From an uncultured Acidobacteriota bacterium (GTDB taxonomy: Bacteria > Acidobacteriota > Polarisedimenticolia > J045): 64,000 nt of DNA. Below the pieces are notes generated by a model. It did not search any database, was not told the origin of the DNA, and was given only the letters and a program-made list of their open reading frames with translations. The stretch is taken from the NCBI GenBank assembly GCA_963702425.1, contig CAVPCQ010000005.1, positions 1 through 64,000 on the forward strand, read 5' to 3'. The position numbers and the translations under genes are program-made. Below are positions 30,464 through 40,486 of this stretch, in pieces. Every line of letters begins with the position of its first letter. Position 1 is the stretch's first letter.

Positions 30464-33400
30464 ATGAGGAAAGCGATCCTGATCGTCGCTCTGGCGATGC
30501 TCGTCGCGATCCCGGTGGTCCTCGCCCAGCAGCCGACCACGGGGACCCTCCAGGGTCTCGTCGGCGAGCAGGACGGGAAGCCGCTGCCGGGCGCGACGGT
30601 CGTCGTGAAGGGCCCCCTGGGCGAGCGCGCTGCGCAGACCGACGCCAAGGGCCAGTTCGAGTTCCGCTTCCTGCCGGCCGGTACCTACACGGTGCGGGCG
30701 GAGATGCCGGGCTATTCCACCGTCGAGATCGGTGGGGTCGACATCAACGCGGCGGGGCGGACACGTCTGCCGATCACGCTGCTCCCGGGCCAGACCGCGG
30801 AGATCACGGTCTCAAGCGCCGCGCCGCTGCTCGACGTGAAGCGCACGACCGTCGCCACCTCCTTCAAGTCGAAGTCGCTCGAGACGCTGCCGATCGGCCG
30901 CAACTTCACCGACGCGGTGTCGTTCGCACCGGGCGTCGTCTCCGGCCTCGGCACCGGCCAGGGGAACTACTCGATCGGCGGCTCGTCCGGCCTCGAGAAC
31001 AGCTACATCATCGACGGCGTCAACATCACCGACAGCGGCTACGGCGGCGTCGGGACCTACTCGCTGGTCTACGGCTCGCTGGGCACCGGCATCACGACCG
31101 ACTTCCTCGACGAGGTCGCGGTCAAGACGGGCGCCTTCGACGCCGAATACGGCCAGGCGCTGGGCGGCGTCATCACCGGCGTCGTCAAGTCCGGTACCAA
31201 CGCCTTCAGCGGCGCGCTGCGCGCCTACTACAGCATGTGGAACGAGGGCAAGAACGTGTCGCTCCCGACCGGCGCCACGAACACCGGCTGGCAGGACTCG
31301 GACCAGTGGGACGCCGGCATCTCGCTCGGCGGCCCGATCGTCAAGGACAAGCTGTTCTGGTTCGTCGCCTACAACCCGGTGAAGACGACCACGAACTTCA
31401 CGCGCCAGTCGGTCCAGAACCCGATCTTCGCGCTCAGCAACCCCCTCGGCCCCGGCATTCCCTCGATCTACGACAGCGAGCAGGCCTTCCCGGCCTCGCA
31501 GACCGGCGGCGTCAACATCGAGCGGACCAACCAGAACTACGCCGCCAAGGTCAACTGGCAGATCACCCCGAGCCACCGGATCGAGCTCACCGGCTTCGGC
31601 GACCCGTCGGACGGCGACGGCCGCACCGGCATCACCTACAGCACGTTCAACATGACCGGGCGCCAGAGGGCCCTCGGCGCGGCCCCAGTTTCTCGCTCAA
31701 TGTCGAGAAGACGGCGGAGGGCTTCGGCTCCGGCGGCAAGTCGAACATCGACTACGGCGCCGACCAGTACTCGCTCAAGTACTCCGGCCTGTTCGGCAGC
31801 GACTGGTTCGTCGAGGCCCAGGTCAACTACCGGAACAACGAGTTCACCGAAACCCCGGTCGACAACGACTACGCCTACACCGACACCCGCATCGCGCGCG
31901 AGTGGACCTTCGGCGGCACGCTGCCGTACTCGGTCTCCCCGAACTCCGGCGGCCCGGGCTACATCGGCCCGCAGACCGACAAGAGCTGGGACTACGCGCT
32001 GAAGGTCTCCAAGGTCTTCGGCAACCACGAGCTCAAGGCCGGTGTCCAGTACTTCGACCTCGAGTACGCGCAGACCTCCGCCTATTCCGGACCGAGCGGC
32101 GACCTTCAACTTCCCGGCCGACTTCAACGGCGACGGCACTCAGGACGGCTTCGTTCCGCTGCAGTCCGCCTCCGGCGCGACGGTCTCGATCCGCGGCGGG
32201 TTCGACTACCGCGATGCGGAAGGGGACCTGGTCGTTCCGTGCACCGGCTGCTCGTTCTCGCGCGGCTTCCCGAGCTACCGCACGACGCGCGCCCGCTTCA
32301 ACCCGGAGTCGCGGCTCCGACCAAGGCGACCGACCTGTCGTTCTTCCTCCAGGACACCTGGACGATCAGCGACTCGTGGATGGTGAAGGTCGGCCTGCGC
32401 ACCACGACGCAGACGCTCGAGGGCTCCGGCGCCTTCACGCTCGGACTTCGCGCGCGCCGGCACCGTCGATCCCGAGTACCTGAGCGCCCCGACGTTCGAC
32501 GCGGGTTTTACACCGACACCCCGACCACCTACGCGCCGAACAAGTACGATTTCAGCCACCGAGTGGTCGCCGCGCATCGGCGTGACCTGGGACCCGGGCG
32601 CCGACGGCAAGTCCAAGATCGCCTTCAACTTCGCGCGCTACTTCCAGCGCGTCCCGAACGACCTGGCGGTCCGTCAGTTCTCGAACGAGGTCGGGACCAC
32701 GACCTTCACCTTCACCGACCCGTACCTCACCACCCCGACCGCGACCAACGCCCCGAACGTCCAGGGGATCGACCTCGGCGTCGTGGCCAACGGCACCAAG
32801 CTCCCGTACGTCGACGAGTACGTCCTGGGCTGGCAGCAGCTGATCCGGCCCGACCTCTCGATCGAGGTCCGCGGGATCTACCGCGACCAGGGCCGCGTCC
32901 TCGAGGACACCCAGAGCGGCACCGTCGAGGGGATCAAGAACTCCTACTACGGCGTCCGACGATCGACCCGGACGGGGACGGTACGTTTGATCAAGTGGAC
33001 GGCGACAGCATCAACTCAGTCCCGTTCCCCGGCTTCGGCTTCGACGTCTTCGGCGCCTACGTCCTGTCCAACCCGGGCGAGAACGCGCCCGGCGGCTTCA
33101 CGGCCCCGATCCGCAAGTACAAGGCCCTCGAGATCGCGCTGACCAAGCAGCTCTCCAACAACTGGCAGTTCGCCGCCAACTACCGCTACGCGCGGCTGCG
33201 CGGCAACTACGAGGGCCTGTTCCGCAACGACAACGGCCAGTCCGACCCGAACATCACCTCGCTGTTCGACTTCCCCGACTCGCCGCTGATGCGCGGGCAG
33301 TTCGAGACCGGCCCGCTCAACTCCGACCGCCCGCACGTCTTCAACATGTTCGGAACCTACTTCTTCGACTTCGGCCTCGAACTCGGCGGCGCCTTCCAGT

Positions 33401-33843
33401 GGCAGTCCGGCGTCCCGCGGACCGCGCTGCTGGCCCACCCCGAATACCTGAACGCGGGCGAGATCCCGGGCCAGGACCCGCTCTATACCTTCTACCAGGG
33501 CGATCCCGCAATCGACGGCCAGTGGGTGCTTGGCCAGTGCGACGCCCTCTCCGCAGCCTCCGGCCTGTGCTTCCTCGGCGCCTACACCGACGCGCCGCGC
33601 GGCAGCATCGGCCGCACGCCGGACTTCGCGGCGATGGACCTGCACATCGGCTACGCCCTCAAGATCTCCGACATGGGCCTCAAGTTCGTACTCGACATCC
33701 GCAACCTGTGGAACGCGCAGGAAGTGACGTCGCTGTCCGACATCGTCGAGTCGCAGGCCGCCATCGGGAATCCCAACTTCAACAAGATCACCTCCTACCA
33801 GGAGCCCCGTCAGTGGCGCTTCGGCGTCATCTGGGACTTCTGA
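30464..33843 (+). CDS. TonB-dependent outer-membrane receptor (Oar-like), with about 7 apparent frameshifts
   Basis: GGAGG RBS; N-terminal carboxypeptidase-like domain; plug NSYIIDGVN...FDAEYGQALGGV; LGGPIVKDKLFWF; FFLQDTW; SPRIG; C-terminal PRQWRFGVIWDF. Reading frame switches between two frames from ~31680 to ~32955. Confidence 0.85.
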
Positions 33844-33897
33844 TCGACACCCGCCGCCCGGGCCTCACGGCCCGGGCGGTCACCTGATCCGACCGCG

Positions 33898-33929
33898 GCG
33901 CGGGGCCCTTGCGGGCCCCGCGCTTTTTT
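33898..33929 (+). terminator. Rho-independent terminator after the TonB-dependent receptor
   Basis: GCGCGGGGCCC-TTGC-GGGCCCCGCGC followed by T6; a second hairpin lies just upstream. Confidence 0.85.
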
Positions 33930-33978
33930 GTCCGCGCCCGCGACAGTGGCAGAATCCCTCTGTCCCCGGGAGCCCCGC

Positions 33979-36789
33979 GTGCCGAAGCGAACCGTCCTCG
34001 CCGCCTCCGTCGCCCTGCTCGTCGTCGCCGGCGGCACCGCGCTCGTCTGGCGAGCCGCCCCGTCGGCGCGCGAGGGCGAGCTCCTGGTCCTCGCGGATCG
34101 CGCGTGGGCCGGCCCGATCCGCCTCTTCGTCTCTCCGCTCGCGGAGCGCCGGACGGTCCCGGCGCGCTGGCAGCAGACGATCGAGATCCCGCTGCCGCTC
34201 GGCGAGGGGGCGAGCTGGCCGCTCGCGGTGCAGGTCGAGGCGGCGGTCGATCCGGCGGCCCTCGACGCCCGCGGCCGGCAGGCGCTGCTCGACGGAAGCG
34301 CCCAGCGGCTGATCGCCGAGGCGGCGCAGCAGGCCGCGGAGGCGGCTCTTCGCGTGACTCCGAGCGATCGCGTCGTCGGGCGCCCCGCGGCGCTGGCCGA
34401 CCCGATCGCCCGGCAGCTCGGCGCCACGCTGCCGCCGGGCTTCTCGGTGCGGGAGATCGTCGTGCGGGTCGACGTCCCGCCCGAGCAGGCCCGCGCCGCC
34501 GCGCTCGCCGCGGTGCGGCGCGCCACCGTCCCGCCGCTCGCCCGCGTGCTCTACATCGGTCTCGACGGCATGGACTGGGAGATCCTCGGGCCGCTGATCG
34601 CGCGGGGCGAGGCCCCCCACCTCGGCCGCCTGGCGCGCGAAGGGGTCCGGGCCGAGCTGCTCGCCTACGAGCCGATCGTCTCTCCGCTGCTCTGGACGAC
34701 GGCGGTCACCGGGCGGACTCCGGACGAACACGGGGTCGCTGACTTCGTCGTCGAGAACGCCGCGGGCAAAGCGATCCCGATCCCGTCCGGCTTCCGCAAG
34801 GTGCCGGCCCTCTGGGAGATCCTCGGCGCGGCCGACCAGTCCACGGGATTCGCCAACTTCTGGGCCACCCAACCGGCCGAGGAGGTGCAGGGGGTCCTCG
34901 TCTCCGACGTCGCCGACCGGGTCCTCAGCGAGCCGGGGAGGAAGCCGACGCTCCCCGCGGGAACCGCCTCGCCGCGCAGCTTCCTCGAGCAGCGGATCGG
35001 GTCGTTCTACACCACCGACACGCTCCCGGCGGAGCGCGTGCGGGCCTGGGCGCCGTCCCTGACCGACAGCGAAATCGACGACGCCCGCCGCTACTGGCGC
35101 GAGCACGCGCTGCGCGACGCGTGGGAGAAGGCGCACCCGGCCGACGGCGACCGCAAGACGCCGATCCCCGCCTTCCTGCTCAGGAACGCGACCCACGTGG
35201 CCAACATCGAGCGGATCGGGCTGGCGCTGCTGGAGGACCGGTCGCTGGGCGCGGTCGGCCTCTACTTTCGCGACCCGGACGATACGGGACACAGCTTCCA
35301 GCACCTCGCTCCCCCGCCCCATCCGCTGGCGCCGCCCGACGAGCGGGCCCGCTATGCCGAGACGGTGGCGAACAGCTACCGCGCGCTCGACGGCGTGATC
35401 GGCCGGCTGGTCGCGGCGGCCGGGCCGGAGACCGCGGTGATCGTCCACTCCGACCACGGCTTCCGCTGGGGAGCCCGGCGCCCGGTGGAGGTGATGCCGT
35501 TCGCCAAGGGGCAGCCCGTCGAGTGGCACCGCCTGCAGGGGGTCTTCCTCGCCGGCGGCGGCCCGCTGCGGCGCGGCGTCGACGTCGCGCCGGTCACGCT
35601 GTTCGAGATCACGCCGACGATCCTCGCGCTGCGCGGCGTGCCGGCCGACGAGTCGATGCCCGGCCGCGTGCGCGACGACCTGCTCGAGCCGGCGGCGGCG
35701 GCGCGCCTGCCCCACCAGCGGATCCCGTCCTGGGCGGCGCTCGTCGCGCCCCGGCGCTACGAGACCGCCTCCGGCGAGGAGCTCGCGGCTGCGCAGGAGC
35801 AGATGGTCGAGGCGCTCAAGGGGCTGGGCTACGTCGACGAGCGCGAGCGCCGGCCGGGCGCCGCCGCCGCGGCCGGCGGCACCGTCGAATCGGCGGCCGG
35901 CGGCGACCATCCGACGGTGATGTACCACCGCAACCTCGCGACGTTCCTGATGAACGAGGATCGCTTCGCCGATGCCGAGCGCGAGCTGCTGCTCGCCAAC
36001 GCGGTCGAGCTGCAGCCCAAGACGTTCTGGCTGCTCTCGGAGGCGCGTGCGGCGCGGGGCGACGTGCGCGGCGCACGGCAGGCGCTGGAGGACGGCCTCG
36101 CGGCGCTCCCCGACAAGACCGAGCCGAGCACCGTGCTCTGGCTGGTCGAGCTGGCGCTGCGCGAGGGGGACATCGCCGGCGCCGAGGCGGCGCTGACGCG
36201 CCAGGCTGCCCTCCTCGCGCCCGAGCCGGCGGTCCGCGCGACGGCGGAGGGCCGGATCGCAGAGGCGAAGGGGGATGTCTCCGGCGCGCGCACGCGGTAC
36301 TTCGAGGCGCTCCGGCGCGATCCGCGCCAGAGCCGCGCCGCCGAGCGCATCGCCCTGCTGTCGACCACCCCGGCAGAGCGCGCGGCGCTGGTGCCGTTCC
36401 TGGAACAGGCCCTGGCCCGCGACCAGCGGATCGAGCTGTACTGGAAGATGCTCGGCCTGATCCGCCTCGAGGAGGGCAACGCGCCCGGCGCGGCGGCCGC
36501 GCTCGGCCGCGCCGCCGAGCTGGAGCCCGCCGACGAGGAGCTCGCGATGACCCTCGCCACCGCGCTCATGCGCGCCGATCGCACGGCGGACGCGCGGGTC
36601 GTGTTCGAGCGGATGGCGGCAACGGGAACCCGGCGTGCGCCGGCGTGGGTCAACCTGGGAAGCCTGCGGGCCCAGGCCGGCGACTGGCGCGGGGCGCGCG
36701 CAGCCTGGGAGCAGGCGGTCGCCCTGGGGGCCGACAGCCCGCAACTGCGGGACGGGCTGGCGGAGGCGCGGCGCCGGACGGGAGGGTAG
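33979..36789 (+). CDS. Alkaline phosphatase superfamily (nucleotide pyrophosphatase/phosphodiesterase) protein with TPRs
   Basis: IGLDGMDW, SPLLWTTAVTG..P..HG, DDTGH, SDHGF, WHRLQG, ITPTILAL.G, LKGLGY, then TPRs; N-terminal TM. Confidence 0.8.
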   Translation: MPKRTVLAASVALLVVAGGTALVWRAAPSAREGELLVLADRAWAGPIRLFVSPLAERRTVPARWQQTIEIPLPLGEGASWPLAVQVEAAVDPAALDARGRQALLDGSAQRLIAEAAQQAAEAALRVTPSDRVVGRPAALADPIARQLGATLPPGFSVREIVVRVDVPPEQARAAALAAVRRATVPPLARVLYIGLDGMDWEILGPLIARGEAPHLGRLAREGVRAELLAYEPIVSPLLWTTAVTGRTPDEHGVADFVVENAAGKAIPIPSGFRKVPALWEILGAADQSTGFANFWATQPAEEVQGVLVSDVADRVLSEPGRKPTLPAGTASPRSFLEQRIGSFYTTDTLPAERVRAWAPSLTDSEIDDARRYWREHALRDAWEKAHPADGDRKTPIPAFLLRNATHVANIERIGLALLEDRSLGAVGLYFRDPDDTGHSFQHLAPPPHPLAPPDERARYAETVANSYRALDGVIGRLVAAAGPETAVIVHSDHGFRWGARRPVEVMPFAKGQPVEWHRLQGVFLAGGGPLRRGVDVAPVTLFEITPTILALRGVPADESMPGRVRDDLLEPAAAARLPHQRIPSWAALVAPRRYETASGEELAAAQEQMVEALKGLGYVDERERRPGAAAAAGGTVESAAGGDHPTVMYHRNLATFLMNEDRFADAERELLLANAVELQPKTFWLLSEARAARGDVRGARQALEDGLAALPDKTEPSTVLWLVELALREGDIAGAEAALTRQAALLAPEPAVRATAEGRIAEAKGDVSGARTRYFEALRRDPRQSRAAERIALLSTTPAERAALVPFLEQALARDQRIELYWKMLGLIRLEEGNAPGAAAALGRAAELEPADEELAMTLATALMRADRTADARVVFERMAATGTRRAPAWVNLGSLRAQAGDWRGARAAWEQAVALGADSPQLRDGLAEARRRTGG

Positions 36790-36829
36790 CGCGGCACGGT
36801 CCTCGCGGACACGCCGCGGTGCGCCGCGC

Positions 36830-37120
36830 TCAGCGCAACCGGTCGCGGAGCGCGATCCCGGGCCGGAACGCCGCCGCGCGCCGCGCCCCCACGGTGCGGC
36901 ACAGGCCGGTGCGGGGGTCCCGGATCGTCCGCTCGGCGCGCTCGCGCACGACAAACGTGCCGAACCCCGTCACCGCAACCCGTTCGCCGCGGTCGAGCGC
37001 GTCCGCGATCATGCCGTGATCGCGCTGCGAGCCGAACAGCGCCTTCACGACGCGTCGCGCGGCGGCCTCGGGCAGGCCCGTGCGCGCCGCGAGCCCCTCG
37101 ATCAGTTCCTGACGGTTCAT
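36830..37120 (-). CDS. hup: HU family DNA-binding protein
   Basis: MNRQELI...GERVAVTGFGTFVVRERAERTIRDPRTG...AFRPG. Confidence 0.85.
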   Translation of the reverse strand: MNRQELIEGLAARTGLPEAAARRVVKALFGSQRDHGMIADALDRGERVAVTGFGTFVVRERAERTIRDPRTGLCRTVGARRAAAFRPGIALRDRLR

Positions 37121-37279
37121 CCGGTCCCCTGGGGGCGCTTCGGCGCCGCTCCCGAGAGGTGTACGCCGACCGGTCGCCTCCCGCCCGCCCGGGCAGAGGC
37201 GACACGACAACCGTCTTGCACCGGCAGGAGGAGGGGGCGCGATAATGGCCGCGGTGCGACAGCACCCGGGGGTGCCCGC

Positions 37280-37672
37280 GTGGAGAACAAGGTCGTCGCC
37301 CACACGCTCGACGGTCAGGTGCACAAAGGGATCACGCACGACTTCGATCCGGGAGCGGAGTTCTTCCACCTGCTGCCGGCGGAGGGCGGCGGGGTGCCGG
37401 TGCGGCTGCGGCTGCGCGAGCTCAAGGCGCTGTTCTACGTCAAGGACTTCTTCGGCAACCGGGACTACAAGCCGCCGCTCGGGTTCGGCAGCTCCTCGGG
37501 GCGCGGCCGGCGCTGCGTCGTCACCTTCCATGACGGGGAAGTCGTCTTCGGCACGACGCCGGACTACGTCGAGGGGGCCACCGGGTTCTCGCTCTTCCCT
37601 TCCGATCCCGAGGACAACAACGTCCGGCTGTTCGTCGCGCAGCGGGCGGTTCGCGAGATCCGCTTCCCGTAG
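37280..37672 (+). CDS. Hypothetical protein (DUF6982-like)
   Basis: NKVVAH..DG..KG.T.DF, LKALFYVKDF.GN, V.F.DGE..G, GF.LFP.DP..NN pattern. Confidence 0.7.
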   Translation: MENKVVAHTLDGQVHKGITHDFDPGAEFFHLLPAEGGGVPVRLRLRELKALFYVKDFFGNRDYKPPLGFGSSSGRGRRCVVTFHDGEVVFGTTPDYVEGATGFSLFPSDPEDNNVRLFVAQRAVREIRFP

Positions 37673-37677
37673 GCCCG

Positions 37678-38454
37678 TTACAGGCAGCGCGCGGTCACGC
37701 CCCCGTCCACCGGGATGATCGCCCCCGTCACGTAGCTGGCCTGCTCCGAGCAGAGGAACGCGACCGGCGCGGCGATCTCTTCCGGCGAGGCCAGGCGTCC
37801 CATCGGCACCATCGCCTCGAGGGCGCGCACCCGCTCCGGGGTCGCGGCGAGCTCCTCGATCCGCGCCGTCCGCGTCATCCCCGGGCAGACCGCGTTGATG
37901 GTGATCCCGTGGACCGCGTTCTCGCGCGCCAGGTCGCCGATCAGTCCCGCCACCGCGGGGCGCAGCGCGTTGCTGGTCGTGAGCCCCCCGAGCGGCTGGC
38001 GCGCCGTGAGGGACAGCACGTGGACGATCCGGCCGAAGCGCAGGTTCCGCATCCGCGGCAGGACCGCGCGCGACAGGCGGATCGCGGGCCAGAGCACGCT
38101 GTCGATCGCCTCCCGCCAGGCCGGCTCGTCGAGCGCGTCGAAGTTCCCCGGCGGCGGTCCGCCGACGTTGGCCACGAGCAGCTCGACCGGCCCCAGCTCG
38201 CGGGTCACTTCGGAGACCGCGCGAAACGGCGCCTCGGGGTCGGTCAGGTCGCCGGGCACCGCCAGCACCGGACGCCCGCAGCTCTCCGCGATCTGCCGCG
38301 CGGCGCCGGCCAACCGCTCGGCGTCCCGCGAGAGGATCGCCACCCGCGCCCCGGCTCGCGCCAGCGCGCGGGCGCAGGCCAACCCGATTCCCGAGCTGGC
38401 GGCCGTCACCAGCGCAACGCGCCCCGGGATCGCGTACATCGCCTCGTCGATCAT
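37678..38454 (-). CDS. SDR family oxidoreductase
   Basis: ALVTAASSGIG, NVGGPPPG, SNALR, INAVCPG, YVTG..IPVDGG. Confidence 0.88.
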   Translation of the reverse strand: MIDEAMYAIPGRVALVTAASSGIGLACARALARAGARVAILSRDAERLAGAARQIAESCGRPVLAVPGDLTDPEAPFRAVSEVTRELGPVELLVANVGGPPPGNFDALDEPAWREAIDSVLWPAIRLSRAVLPRMRNLRFGRIVHVLSLTARQPLGGLTTSNALRPAVAGLIGDLARENAVHGITINAVCPGMTRTARIEELAATPERVRALEAMVPMGRLASPEEIAAPVAFLCSEQASYVTGAIIPVDGGVTARCL

Positions 38455-39689
38455 CCCGCGGCCTCCCCCCGCATCAGCCGCAGCGCGGCGCGGAGCATGA
38501 TCTCGACGCCGATCGGAAGGACTTCGTCGGCGACCCGGAAGCGCGGGTTGTGGTGCGGGTGGATCGCACCCTGCGCCGGATCGCGCATCCCGAGCAGCAT
38601 GAACGCCCCGGGCCGCTGCTGGAGGTAGATCGCGAAGTCCTCCGCCGCCATCGTCGGTGGCCCCTCGCGCACCGCGCTCTCGCCGAGCACCGCGCGCGCC
38701 GCCTCGCGCAGCACGCGGGCGACCTTCGGATCGTTCACGGTCGGGGGGTATCCGGTCCCGAAGTCGACCTCGACCGAGACGCCGTGCGCCAGCGCGATCG
38801 CCTGCGCCAGCTCGCCGATCCGGTGCAGGATCCGGCCGCGCACGACGCCGTCGGGCGCGCGGAACGTGCCGTGCAGTTCGCCCCGCTCCGGCAGCACGTT
38901 GCAGGCGTGCCCGGCCGCGATCTTGCCGACCGACAGGACGGCCGGCTTGAGTGGGTCGATCTCGCGCGCCACCACCTGCTGCAGCGTGACGACGAGGTGC
39001 GAGAGCGCCAGCACGACGTCCTGCGCCTCGTGCGGCAGCGCGCCGTGCCCCCCCTTGCCCGAGATGGTGACGTGGAACTCGTCCGACGACGCCATCACGT
39101 GGCCGTCCGGGATGATCGCCTGGCCGCGCGGCAGGAAGCTCCAGAGGTGCAGGCCGAGCACGTAATCGACCCCCCAGGTGTCGAGCACTCCTTCCTCGAC
39201 CACCCGTGCGGCGCCCGGGCCGTTCTCCTCGGCCGGCTGGAACAGCAGCACGATCCGCCCGGGAAGCGTCCCCGCGCTCCCGGACTGCGCGCGCGCGATC
39301 GTCTCGGCCACGCCGAGCAGGATCGCCATGTGCCCGTCGTGACCGCAGGCGTGCATGAAGCCCGGACGGCGCGAGCGGGGGGCGTGCTCGGGATCCTCTT
39401 CGATGGGCAGCCCGTCCATGTCCGAGCGCAGCAGCACGGTCGGGCCGGGGCCGGCGCCCGGGAGCTCGGCCACGAGCCCGGTGCCGGCGACGCCGGTCCG
39501 GGCCTCGATCCCGCACGCCGCGAGGGCCGTCCTCAGGTACGCGGCGGTCTCGTGCTCCTCGAAGCCTCGCTCGGGGATCTCGTGCAGCGCGTGGCGGTGC
39601 TGGACCACCGCCGCACCGGTCGCCCGCGCGCGGCACGCCAGGTCCTCGTCGAGCGGGGACCCGGTCCCGGGAACGTTCGCTGGACTCAT
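38451..39689 (-). CDS. M20 family amidohydrolase
   Basis: LHEIPE.GFEE, RSDMDGLP, MHACGHDGH, FQPAEE, GGHGA.PH, AEDF, HHNPRF. Confidence 0.92.
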   Translation of the reverse strand: MSPANVPGTGSPLDEDLACRARATGAAVVQHRHALHEIPERGFEEHETAAYLRTALAACGIEARTGVAGTGLVAELPGAGPGPTVLLRSDMDGLPIEEDPEHAPRSRRPGFMHACGHDGHMAILLGVAETIARAQSGSAGTLPGRIVLLFQPAEENGPGAARVVEEGVLDTWGVDYVLGLHLWSFLPRGQAIIPDGHVMASSDEFHVTISGKGGHGALPHEAQDVVLALSHLVVTLQQVVAREIDPLKPAVLSVGKIAAGHACNVLPERGELHGTFRAPDGVVRGRILHRIGELAQAIALAHGVSVEVDFGTGYPPTVNDPKVARVLREAARAVLGESAVREGPPTMAAEDFAIYLQQRPGAFMLLGMRDPAQGAIHPHHNPRFRVADEVLPIGVEIMLRAALRLMRGEAAG

Positions 39690-39702
39690 CGATCCTCCGC
39701 GG

Positions 39703-40395
39703 TCAGGGGGTCCTGAGCCCGACGTCGACGCGCTCGGCGACGAGGCGCGGCGGGTTGAGTGCGCGACCCGCGGTCATCCCATAGCTCTTCGAAAAGACGA
39801 TCGCGCGGCCGGCTGCCTTGCGCGTCGCCCCGTAGTCGATCGAGCGCTTCATGAACTCTCGCGACGCGACCGGCGTCTCCGGATCCTTGCGCGTGTCGAG
39901 CTCCCACTGCCCTTCCCACACCTTGCGCGGGCGCGACAGGTCGTCGAAGACCCAGATCTCGCCCCAGCGATCGACCTTCTCGGCGCTGAGCGAGCGGTCC
40001 CAGGTCAGGATCAGCTCGTTGCGGCGGTCGCCGTCCAGGTCCGCGGCCTGCAGGTCGCCGCCGTGCGCCGGCCGGCCGGTCGTCGCCGCGAGGTGCCGCG
40101 TCCACAGCAACGCACCCTTCTCGGCCGGCGCCTTCCCTTCGATCACGCCGACGATCACCTCGGTCCCCTTGGCCGGGTCCTTCTCGCGCGTGATGGCGGT
40201 CACGATCACGAGCGTCTCCGGTACCCCGTCGCCGTCGAGGTCGGCACTGCTGCGGGTGTAGTTCATGCGGGCCCCGACCGGGACCTGGCGCGGATCCTGC
40301 GGAACGGTGGCCACGGACTCCGCGGCCAGGGCGATCCCTTGGCCCGCGAGCAGAACCGCCAGGAACCGAAGGGTGAGGGCACGATTCGGGGTCAT
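39703..40395 (-). CDS. Secreted protein with two FG-GAP/Ca-binding-like motifs
   Basis: Signal peptide; ADLDGDGVPE and ADLDGDRRNE. Confidence 0.65.
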   Translation of the reverse strand: MTPNRALTLRFLAVLLAGQGIALAAESVATVPQDPRQVPVGARMNYTRSSADLDGDGVPETLVIVTAITREKDPAKGTEVIVGVIEGKAPAEKGALLWTRHLAATTGRPAHGGDLQAADLDGDRRNELILTWDRSLSAEKVDRWGEIWVFDDLSRPRKVWEGQWELDTRKDPETPVASREFMKRSIDYGATRKAAGRAIVFSKSYGMTAGRALNPPRLVAERVDVGLRTP

Positions 40396-40486
40396 CCAGC
40401 CTCCCCGCCGCCTCGGCGACGGACGGTCAGGATAACCCGGGCGGCGCGTCCGCCGGGGCCTGGCCGCCCGGTCCCTGCTCAGGCCC

